From Octopus bimaculoides (Eukaryota): a DNA stretch of 46,424 nucleotides. Below are positions 1 through 9,699 of this stretch, piece after piece. The translations under genes were made by a program, and so were the position numbers. The stretch's first letter is position 1, and every line of letters begins with the position of its first letter. The notes beneath the pieces were generated by a model. The model was not told the origin of the DNA, did no database searches, and was given only the letters and a program-made list of their open reading frames with translations. The DNA lies in contig NC_068996.1 of the NCBI RefSeq assembly GCF_001194135.2, positions 12,591,381 to 12,637,804 of the forward strand. Direction: 5' to 3'.

Positions 1-31
<31 letters not shown>

Positions 32-239
32 TACATACTTACACACACATTGGTAAGTTGTCATTCAAAGATTTGGTTGTTGGGTTGTTGTTTCTTGTAT
101 GCTGAGCGACCACATAGCTTCTCAGTACTTCATTGGTTTGATACTGAGAGGATGAATAAATAAAGATGGAGCTGTAAGTTCTGGGCTCTGTATGTGTGTG
201 TATATTAATGATTAAAAAAATAAACTGAATATTGTCAAT

Positions 240-375
240 GCAGTCATGGCTACATGGTACGATGTTTGCTTCCCAACCACATGGTTTTTTACTTCAGTCA
301 AACTGTGTGACACTTTGGGCAAGCATCTTCTACTGTAGCCCTGGGCTGACAAAAGTCACATGAGTGGATATGGTG
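240..375 (+). mobile_element. SINE A head fragment
   Basis: TTTGCTTCCCAACCACATGG...TTGGGCAAGCATCTTCTACTGTAGCC. Confidence 0.7.
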
Positions 376-533
376 TATGTGCTTATAACTTATAAGGATT
401 CAGCAGAACCTAGGCAGTAAGGTAAATAAGAATGAAGCTATCTTGTGTTTGTAGGATACTGTAAATATGTAAGTATAAAATCCAATTTAAACTGTAGATC
501 TGAATCCGGAGTTGGTTCCTGGTGTGGGTGTGT

Positions 534-587
<54 letters not shown>

Positions 588-595
588 GCGCACAC

Positions 596-1060
596 GTACA
601 TATAAATGCTGTGTATGTGTGTGTGTTTTGTCTGAATAATAATTTGGTGTGAATTGTAAACATTCAACATACAAATGAGATGATGACGGTAATGATGACA
701 GTGGTGGTAGTGGTGATGACTGTTCATTCTATTTGAGATACACTTATATAAAGCTACATACTTATATATATATATCTATATATGTATATAAAGTATACAT
801 ATATATTTACATACATATGTACACACACACACACACACACACACACACGTACATATAAATGCTGTGTATGTGTGTGTGTTTTGTCTGAATAATAATTTGG
901 TGTGAATTGTAAACATTCAAAATACAAATGAGATGATGACGGTAATGATGACAGTGGTGGTAGTGGTGATGACTGTTCATTCTATTTGAGATACACTTAT
1001 ATAAAGCTACATACTTATATATATATATCTATATATATATATAAAGTATACATACATATG
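596..1060. repeat. Near-identical tandem duplication, period about 253 bp, bounded by (CA)n/(TA)n
   Basis: GTACATATAAATGCTG...AAAGTATACAT starts at both 596 and 849, with only 1-2 visible differences. Confidence 0.9.
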
Positions 1061-1117
1061 TACATACATATATACATACACACACACACCCAAACACACA
1101 CACACATATATATATAT

Positions 1118-1338
1118 CCTTTTAGCATTTAAATTGGCCATATCTAGTTCAAATATTCTGTGTTAGATTAAGACTGGCTAGATCTGGCCTCTTACACCTG
1201 CCCTACAATGTCATTCTAAAAATAAACAATCACACCATTGAAATGTCAAAGCTACAAGATAATGAATGATTCATTCAAATCAATATCAATGAAAAAGTAT
1301 TTATTACATTTGACAAAGTAATCTGAATGCTAAATGGT
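1118..1338. mobile_element. piggyBac-type MITE family P1, degenerate
   Basis: CCTTTTAGCATTT...AATGCTAAATGGTTA; the internal sequence is shared with the other P1 copies. Confidence 0.7.
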
Positions 1339-1363
1339 TATGCATAAACACACATATACCTGT

Positions 1364-1572
1364 CCCTTTAGCGTTTGACCTGACCATACCTGGCTCAAAT
1401 ATACATGTATAATGTCGAAACTGGCCAGAGCTGGTCTTTTACACTGCCCTTATAATGTCATTCTAAAAGATAAACAGTCATATTCTTGAAATCTTGAAGT
1501 GATGAGATAATGCATGATTAAATTCAAGACTATGTGAATAAACATTGACAGAATAAGTTGAATGATAAAGGG
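1364..1572. mobile_element. piggyBac-type MITE family P1
   Basis: CCCTTTAGCGTTT...AATGATAAAGGG followed by TTAA. Confidence 0.75.
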
Positions 1573-1917
1573 TTAAGATATCTGGAAACTGGTTCATTCA
1601 ATTAAGCTAAAACAAGATGTGTTGAAAGACTGTCTTTTGAATATACGAAATACTATTATTGTGCATGCTTTCATCCTGCCTGCTTATTCCTTTGACAATT
1701 TCATCTATTTTATTCTGTTTGCCAACAAAGATGATAGGGACATGATAGTGTATTTAAAAATAGCTTCCACAATAATTTTTAGAAGCACCACATTTCACAG
1801 TACTATTTTTGTCTGTGTCTACATATGCTGTCATAAGGAAACAGATACAACACACTATTATACTCTCATACACATTCACTCTCATACACATACACTCTCA
1901 TACACATACACTTACTG

Positions 1918-2640
1918 TTGACAAGCGGTCAACAAATATACAGACAATATCACATTAACCAGAATTTCCATTGCACATCATCTAACCATATATATTGCGT
2001 CATATGCAAAACTTTGCGGCACCCATTACATTGGAGAAATAGCCTGATGTACTGCCCATTGCTTTTGAGAGTGTATTTGAAATATACAACATATGCTAAG
2101 ACAACCTGTCACCACCACCCACTTCAGCTCTACATGCCAACTGATCACTTATCAGTGTGCAGCATTACTGCACACCATGGATCCACATTCTCAAGAAAAC
2201 AGAGGGAACAACATTTTATATTCAAACTTGGCACGGTGTCACTGGCAGGTTTAAATAAACATTTTTGTTTACTTCCTTCTACTCCTACACATCCTCCTAC
2301 TTCGTTAAATCGTTTCTTATTCTTTGACTCTCCTCCATTACTCTTGCTTTGTCTGCTTCTCCTCTTCATTCCATTTCTCTTTCCTTTCTCCTTTCTACAC
2401 TGGTTCTCCTACCATTTCTTGTATCTGTATGAAGCTCATATGGCCCTGCGTTCCTCATCAGCTGCAGCCAGTTTTTTTTTTTAAACTTAGAGGAAGTAAA
2501 ACTCTGCTGCTTCCCATTTATTTCTCTTCTTCCAACTTCTTCCTGAAGAAAGACACTCCGAAACACTGGATTTTCCCCTCCTCATGGCAAGTTCACTGTC
2601 AATTTTTTTATCACTTTATTTGGAGTCTGATAAAATATGT
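1918..2640 (+). mobile_element. Penelope-like element 3' relic: GIY-YIG endonuclease, pyrimidine tract and hammerhead-like core
   Basis: Frameshifted NFHCTSSNHIYCVICK..LCGTHYIGE and SRKQREQHFIFKLGTVSLAGLNKHF resemble the PLE GIY-YIG domain and C-terminus. CTGAAGA...CGAAAC lies at 2543-2564. Confidence 0.8.
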
Positions 2641-2819
2641 CAACAGCTGTAAGAACCTGATAAACTCATATATACAATCAGGAAAACAAACACATGCACA
2701 CCTATACACACCACAGGCACACTTGCAACACACACACACACACATACACACACCACAGGGCACACTCATATACACACATACATGTACACACATACACACA
2801 TGCATATAGATATATAAGT

Positions 2820-2940
2820 TCAGGTTTGGCTGTGTGATAAGAAGTTTGCTTTCCAACCACATGGTAGTGGGCTCAATCTCCCTGTGTGGCACCTTGGACA
2901 AATGTCCTCTACTATAGCCCCTGGATGACCAAAAGTCTTA
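2820..2940 (+). mobile_element. SINE A head fragment
   Basis: GGCTGTGTGATAAGAAGTTTGCTTTCCAACCACATGG. Confidence 0.75.
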
Positions 2941-3060
2941 AATGTATGTCTGTATATATCATCATCATATAAATATATATATATATATCTGCTAAGTTTA
3001 TGGGAAGCATCTTGAATATGCAGTATATACATATATATATGTATATGTGTATGTATATTT

Positions 3061-4078
3061 CATCGTTTAATGTCCATTTTCCATGCTGGCATAGGTTGGG
3101 CAATTCAACTGGAGCTGGTAAAGCCAGGGGCTACACTAGACTCCATTGTCTGTTCTGGCATAGCTTCTTCAGCTGGATGTCCTTCTTAATGCCAAGTACT
3201 TTACAGTGTGTACTGGATGCTTTTTATGTGGCACCAATACCAGTGCTTTTAACATGATACCAACATGGGTGCTTTTCATGTGGCACCAGCATTGGTATCA
3301 ATTCTGTTGTGGTGGACAGGTCTTCTTGAGTACAGTTTGACACTAGATATCTTGGTCCTTTGTTGTCTTTGTAAGGCTCAGTGTCTTGAGATCAGCCTTC
3401 AATACTTCATCCCATGTCCTCCTGGGTCTCCCACTTCCATATCCAACTGTCTGCAGTTATATGCATCACATGACCAAACCGGCACAATCTTCTCTCATGC
3501 ACAATGCATCTAATTCCTCTTATGTCCAGCTTTTCTCTCAACACACTAGCACTCTTTCTCGCACATGTACACTAACGCTGCACATTCAGCAGAACATACA
3601 AGCTTCCTTCCTCTCTAGCCTTCCCATGTCTTCTGCATTTGGGCCCACATCTCACTACCATGTAGCGTTGTTGTTTGTATGCATGCATCATACAATCTTC
3701 CTTTCACCCAGGAAGCGAGCAACCTTAGGTTGCCCACAGAAATAAAAGCTCTCAGTATTTTTTCCATCCTACTCTTATTTTAGTGATTACACTATCCATG
3801 CATCCTCCTCCACAACTAACTATGTCCTCCAGGTAGTAGAAATTATCCACTACCTCTAAAGAGCCTCTGGGTATCGGTAGTTTTTATGACTCCTGCACAT
3901 CTTCCACATATGAACACTTGCTTCTCTGACAACCTTCTTATTATTCTATTGCACCTTTTGTGTGTCCATAGTTTGCACCGGGTACACAATATGGAATTCC
4001 TGTCTGTCCCTTCTCTTGCTTACTAGAATCTTAGCCTTTGCTAAGTTAACCTGAAGGTTTTTTGATTTCAGGTTTTGC
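3061..4078 (-). mobile_element. 5'-truncated RTE-clade LINE (ORF2 C-terminus and 3' UTR)
   Basis: Minus-strand motifs QVNLAKAKILV, ERRLCRFGHVM and GRPRRTWDEVLKADL; 3' tail CCAACCTATGCCAGCATGG...ATTAAACGATG. Confidence 0.88.
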
Positions 4079-4197
4079 ATTTATGGCCATATCACGTTGA
4101 AAGCACCGGTTCTCGTCCGATCACCGAAGTTAAGCAACATCGAGCCTAGTTAGTACTTGGATGGGTGACCGCTTGGGAACCCTAGGTGCTGTAAGCA
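4079..4197 (+). rRNA. 5S rRNA: Dispersed, nearly full-length 5S rRNA copy (retrocopy or pseudogene), followed by TTTT and a retroposon tail
   Basis: TTATGGCCATATCACGTTGAAAGCACCGGTTCTCGTCCGATCACCGAAGTTAAGC...TAGTACTTGGATGGGTGACCGCTTGGGAACCCTAGGTGCTGTAAGCA. Helix I pairs (TTATGGC/GCTGTAA) and GCCTAG pairs with CTAGGT. Box A- and box C-like elements are present. The first two nt deviate. Single copy, no tandem array. Confidence 0.93.
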
Positions 4198-4202
4198 TTT
4201 TA

Positions 4203-4265
4203 ACACGGTGGTGCATCAGCATGGCCGCAGCTCTGAGCTGAAACTTTGAAATGAAATGAAATGAA

Positions 4266-4266
<1 letters not shown>
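4203..4266 (+). mobile_element. 43-bp retroposon 3' tail plus (TGAAA)n fused to the 5S copy
   Basis: ACACGGTGGTGCATCAGCATGGCCGCAGCTCTGAGCTGAAACT matches the reverse complement of 7896-7938 at 42/43 positions and resembles the SINE A tail. Confidence 0.85.
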
Positions 4267-4315
<49 letters not shown>

Positions 4316-4589
4316 ATATTATTTAAAAGAGTTCCAACTCTGTCTGTTTTTTATGTTTTATTCATATTCTCATAAAATTAATGTGGGATATGAAATATAT
4401 AATATAAATAGTAAAATGAAATGAAGTATTGAATGTCTTATTGAATATATGAAATATTGAGTATTAAATATAGAGTATTAAATATATAAGGACTAGTATA
4501 CTTTCCTGCCTCATGGCAGTCATCAAGGTCCTGTCTGACAGATCTGTATATATGTTTGAATACATATGTATATATGTATATATAAATGT

Positions 4590-4632
<43 letters not shown>

Positions 4633-4639
4633 ATATGAC

Positions 4640-4865
4640 TGTGTTTGTGTGTGTCTTTTTATTTTTGTTCTTTATCACCCCTTGACAATCAATCAGCCTT
4701 GGTTTGTTTTCATGCTCCTTTAACTTAGCAGTTCAACAAAACAAGACCGATAGAGAAAATTCCAAGTTTAAAATACGTACTGGGACAGATTTATTCTAAT
4801 GAACCTTTCAATGCACTGCCCCAGCATGGCCACAGTTGAATGACTGAAACAGATAAAAGATTAAA
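4640..4865 (+). mobile_element. SINE A 3' half
   Basis: TAACTTAGCAGTTC..AAGACCGATAG..CCCCAGCATGGCCACAGTTGAATGACTGAAAC. Confidence 0.75.
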
Positions 4866-5054
4866 AACACACATGCACATTATGCTATTCTTATTGTGAC
4901 TAAACCTGTAGCATGAGCATGATTCTAAAGAATCATTGACGTTAAATCTAATTCTTATAGATTTGTTAATAGCTGATACCAATCAGCTTGTTAATAATCA
5001 ATACATTCTTAATTATATATGCTGTAAATACATTTTCTGCTAATGAAAAACAAA

Positions 5055-5262
5055 CTAAAAGTGAGAAAGAAGCAAAAATTGTTGATAGCCTTTATCCTTC
5101 ATTTTCTCGTTTTAGTCAGTGGCCTGTGGCCATGCTAGAGCATCGCCTTGAAGGATTTTTGTCAAACAAATTGATTTCAGTACTTATTTTTAAAGCTTGG
5201 TACTTATTCTATCAGTGTCTCATGCTGAGCCGCTAAGTTATAAGGACATAAACAAACCAGGA
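5055..5262 (-). mobile_element. SINE A 3' half
   Basis: GTGGCCATGCTAGAGCATCGCC...GCCGCTAAGTTA. Confidence 0.7.
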
Positions 5263-5269
5263 TTGTTTT

Positions 5270-5930
5270 TAGGTCTGCAGTGACCACAGTTGGGAACAGT
5301 TAACCAGGCAACTGAAAACGAATGTTCGCCATTGAAGTAGTATCATATCCTTTTTCTTTCTGAAGGATCTATGCAGTAGTGTCCAGTTTGGTGGTTGGTA
5401 TAGCTTTCAATCTGAAACCTGAGAGCTAGACCTTTGTGAATCTTCCATATACAGATGACTGCATAGCTTTCACATCTTCTGTCTAGGGAGTAGAGGCACA
5501 GTTCTATTTAGCCTCTCCCAGTTGCTCATCTGTTGAACTGAGGCTCTCTTCTTTGTGTAGTGGTGTTACATTGCCTTGAGTCCTGCTGTTAGCGTGACAC
5601 CTGTGGCTTCAAAATAACAACAGTTGAGAGCATAGTTTAGGCTACTGAGAGCAAATCTTCTCCATAAGAGTAGCATGATATCTTTTTTCCTTCTCTTGGT
5701 ACTTTGCTATGGTGTCCAGTTCGGTGGTTGGTATAGCTTTCAGTTCCAAAGTTGGGAGGTGGACAAACGTTCTCCATTGGAGTAGCATCGTATCCAATTC
5801 CCTTGTTCAGAATGCTCTCAGAATCCAACCAGCCACTCACCTGCACAGCGTTACAATCTTGATAATATGCACATGGAATGATGCACCATTGCTCCTGTAG
5901 TTTCCCAGGTCACGCACCGATGTTTACAAT
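5270..5930 (-). mobile_element. CR1-type LINE ORF2 C-terminal relic, internally reiterated
   Basis: GWILRAF..DTMLLQWRTFV, KKDIMLLLWRRF and KKDMILLQWRTFVFSCLVNCSQLWS occur three times. Direct repeat GTGTCCAGTT(T/C)GGTGGTTGGTATAGCTTTCA near 5379 and 5712. Confidence 0.7.
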
Positions 5931-6217
5931 TTTTTTTATTAATTTGTTGTTTCTAATGTTTTGGTCTTTTTTAATAAAAATCTCTTTTGTATTTTATATA
6001 TTTATTTTTGACAAAAACACTCTCATCAGATATATCTCATTAACTGATTAAATTCAGATCGATATAAACAAACCAATTCTCATCTGCTGACTTAAACACA
6101 AGTCTTTATTATAAAATTACCAAATTAAATTCATATTTAAAAAAACAAAAAATTTAAGGAGCCTTTGTTGTTTTTATTTTGTTTGTTTTCTTGACAAATC
6201 TACCTTAGAACAGTTTG

Positions 6218-6254
<37 letters not shown>

Positions 6255-6819
6255 TATTATTAATGAGTGAGAGAATGGCACATACCATCAAAATGACACT
6301 GGGGTACAAATACACGAAACCCAATTTACCAGGCACATGCATCAAAACTATATTTGCATGACATACTGACCTCATATCAAGATAAACAGCGCATGACCTT
6401 GCAGGTGGGGGTCAGCTGGAATTTTCTTCAGGTCAAGTAGCCCATCCCACTCAACAGGTCCCCAAATAAAAGCTGTTCAAAGATGATGAATGAAACACCT
6501 GTATTTCTAGAAGCAGATGATTCAAACTTCAAAGAATTCCTCTCAACACATGGCTATGATGCTCCCCCACTACTTCTGCTCGTGATCAGAGATGCACATA
6601 TCGTCAGCCACCAAGGGACATGATCAATTGGTTAAGGTCAAATAACTGAGAAGCAAATCTGTGGTATTAAGCAGAATATTTGCTGTAGCCTATCTTTTGC
6701 ACCAACACAAAACATGTACATAAGACCACTTCCAATCAGTTATGATCAGAAGCCATGTGAGCCACTACCTGGTACTACACTACGGCATTATTATTATTAT
6801 CATTATTATCATCATCATC

Positions 6820-7860
6820 TAAGGTGATGAGCTAGCAGAATTGTTAGCACTATGACCGAAATGCTTAGTGGCATTTCATGTCTTCATGTTCTGAATTCAA
6901 ATTCTGCTGAGGTCAACTTTGCCTTTCATCTTTTTAGGGGTCAATAAATTAAGTACCAGTTGAGCACTGGGGTCAATGTAATCGACTTACCTTTCCCATG
7001 GAATTGCTGGCCTTGTGCCAAAATTTGAAGCCATTATTAGTATTAGTAGTAATATGGCAGTGAGCTGGCAGAATTGTCAGCATGCTGGGCAAAATGCTTA
7101 GCGGCATTTTGTCTATTTTCACATTCTAAGTTGAGATTCTACTGAGGATGATGACTTTGTCTTCCATTCTTTCAGGGTTGATAAAATAAGTATCAGTTGA
7201 CCACTGGGGTTGATGTAATTGACTATGGCCCTTGCCTGAAATGTGCCAAAATTTGAAATCATTATTACTAGTAGTAAGGCAGTGAGGTAGCAGAACCATT
7301 AGCGGCGAGCTGGCAGAAACGTTAGCATGTAGGGCGAAATGCTTAGCAGTATTTCGTCTGCCGTTACGTTCTGAGTTCAAATTCCGCCGAGGTCCACTTT
7401 GCCTTTCATCCTTTCGGGGTCGATAAATTAAGTACCAGTTACTCACTGGGGTCGATGTAATCGACTTAATCCCTTTGTCTGCCCTTGTTTGTCCCCTCTA
7501 TATTTAGCCCCTTGTGGGCAATAAAGAAATAAGAACCATTAGCATAATCCGTCTTTTTATAGGCACATGGCCTGAAAAATTCAGGAGAGGAAGTGGGGCT
7601 AATTGATTACATTGATCTCAGCTCTTGTCTGTCTTTCATCCTTTCTGAGTCAATAAAATAAGAACCAAAATCAACCTTGGTGGGATTTGAACTCAGAAAG
7701 CAAAGACAGGTAAGTCTAGCATGCTAACAATTCTGCTAGCTTGCTGCCTTATTATTATAATAATGGTTTCCAATTTTGGCACAAGGCCAACAATTTTAAG
7801 GCAAGTGGTACGTCGATTACATTGACCCCAGTTTATAACTGCTAACATTTCTGCTAGCTC
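6820..7860. mobile_element. Cluster of SINE B1 copies (+ at about 6820-7030 and 7055-7260; - at about 7545-7750 and 7765-7860)
   Basis: Head AAGG(C/T)(A/G)GTGAGCTGGCAGAA, core GCCTTTCATCCTTT..GGGTC.ATAAA.TAAGTACCAGT; separated by (ATT)n/(AAT)n. Confidence 0.85.
7304..7531 (+). mobile_element. Young SINE B2, full length
   Basis: GGCGAGCTGGCAGAAACGTTAGC...GGGCAATAAAGAAATA; TSD AGAACCATTAGC at 7292-7303 and 7532-7543. Confidence 0.92.
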
Positions 7861-7869
7861 ATCTCAATA

Positions 7870-7938
7870 ATTTTATTTTAATTTTTTATTTTTATAGTTT
7901 CAGCTTAGAGCTGCGGCCATGCTGATGCACCACCGTGT
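7870..7938 (-). mobile_element. Solo copy of the 43-bp retroposon tail with (ATAAAA)-like tail
   Basis: Reverse complement of AGTTTCAGCTTAGAGCTGCGGCCATGCTGATGCACCACCGTGT; one mismatch to 4203-4245. Confidence 0.85.
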
Positions 7939-8436
7939 ATAATAATAATAATAATAATTCACTGAAGAAAACATTACGTTTTTTATCAATTATTTATTAT
8001 TTTCAAATTTTCTTAAATTACAGAACATCTGAATAGTGATTGTGATATTAGAGAATACTTGATACAATAATTGCAAACTTGAGAGAGAGAGAGAGAGAGA
8101 GATAGAGTGAGAGTGAGAGAAAGTGGGGGAGAGAGCGAACACCCTTGCAGCTATTTAATAAGGGGATCTGAAGAAAGAAATGTTGTTTGATTGAGAGAAC
8201 AATTTCCCAGAGCAGCACTACAGAAAAAAAAGGAAGGGCCACAAAAGGAAGGGAACTTTGTGTATTTAGAATATGATCTTGTTTATTATATATTGACTTG
8301 CTTATTTTATACAAGCTGGCCAAAATAAACTAGTAAACTAAATAACACCAAGAAAATTCAAACTAAATATCTGTTATATTTCTTTCAGATAAAAAAATAA
8401 AACAGAACAAAACAAAAAGCAATATAAATAAGTAAA

Positions 8437-8793
8437 GGGGTGGCTGTGTGGTAAGAAATTGGCTTCCTAACCACATGGTTTCATGTTCAGTCCCACTGTG
8501 TGGTACCTTAGGCAAGTGTCTTCTACTATATCCCTGGGCTGACTAAAGCCTTGTGAGTAGATCTGGTTGAGAGAAACTGAAAGAAGCCTGTTGTTTGTGT
8601 TTGTTTCCCACCACCACTTGACATCCGGTGTTGGTGTGTTTACATCCATGAAACTTAGTAGTTAGGCAAAAGCTACCACTAGACTTTAAAAAAAGGGAAC
8701 ATATTGGGGTTGATTTGTGTAACTAAACCTTTCAAAGCACAGTGCCTCAGTATGGCTGCTGTCCAATGACTGAAACTTGTAAAAGATAAAAGA
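8437..8793 (+). mobile_element. SINE A, full length
   Basis: tRNA-like head GGCTGTGTGGTAAG/GTTCAGTCCC, body, and tail ATGACTGAAAC. Confidence 0.85.
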
Positions 8794-9344
8794 TGGAGTA
8801 AATAAATATGTGTATGTTGATGATGGATCCTCTGTTAATATCAAGCACTCGTATTCTGTTTTATAGTCATTTGACTTAATTATTCGTTAAATCAATGAGT
8901 AATTAACTGAGTAATTCCACATGTGCTTCCTCAGGTGTGTGCATGCTTTAGTCAACTGACTATTCCTCATTGATTTATCCATAAGTTTCTGATGGAATCA
9001 GTATAAAGCAATTCATGTGACTGAATGCTTATCTCAATGACATCAATAGAAAGCCCCTCACTCCTCTACACATACACATGGTGGAAATCAATTCTTGACT
9101 TGAGTAAAACCATTTCCTTCTAAGAAACACTTCACTCTAAGAAACATCTAACATTTGGTCTCCCCATCGATGATGATGTCTCATGTGGTTCTCAAGGCCT
9201 GCAAAGAGACTACTGGTCATTCCACACCAACAACAAATTAGCCTTCCAGCAACTGGCTGACTATCTTAGTGTTGTTGAGACCTACAATGCTGAGTGAGTC
9301 CACTGGAGGACCCCCCCCCCCACACACACACACACTCTGCTGCT

Positions 9345-9620
9345 CAAGGTGTATGAGAGATCATGCCAAATGTCATATGGGTTGATGGAGATTCCTCCTT
9401 GACCGTGCATATGGTTGAGTAGGCTACTTTTGAGAAGCAGTTATGTCCACACTGGTCACATGAAAGAGCCTCTTCTGTGCCCCTCTCAGGAAGAGGATTC
9501 ATATCCTGCATATATCTACGAGCAACTTTCAACTCAGTGTGTGCAACCATATTCTTTTTGAATTCTTTTACATCAGTAGCAACCAAATTCCTATTTGATA
9601 AGGAGCTCTAGAGGAATTTA
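9345..9620 (-). mobile_element. RTE ORF2 extreme C-terminus relic with terminal zinc finger
   Basis: LVATDVKEFKKNMVAHT...CDQCGHNCFSKVAY; homologous by eye to 37600-37680. Confidence 0.6.
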
Positions 9621-9699
9621 CATCAGATCTTGCATATATATATTCACAATGAATATACACAATTTACAAAAGAGCTAATAGTTTTATGCTTTAGAGGTA

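Noticed and set aside
410-727. His/Thr-, Cys/Val- and Tyr/Ile-rich ORFs throughout the window
   Set aside because: They are microsatellite translations with no protein signal.
4074-4092. Similarity of GCATTTATGGCCATATC to the start of MITE P1
   Set aside because: Explained by the 5S 5' end itself; no TIR or TTAA is present.
4079-4201. Member of a canonical tandem 5S rDNA array
   Set aside because: Single copy with an altered 5' end, flanked by a LINE and a retroposon tail rather than a repeated spacer.
6632-6640. TTAAGGTCA, an ERR response element suggesting autoregulation
   Set aside because: About one such 8-fixed-base match is expected by chance in 46 kb on two strands; there is no clustering or conservation evidence.
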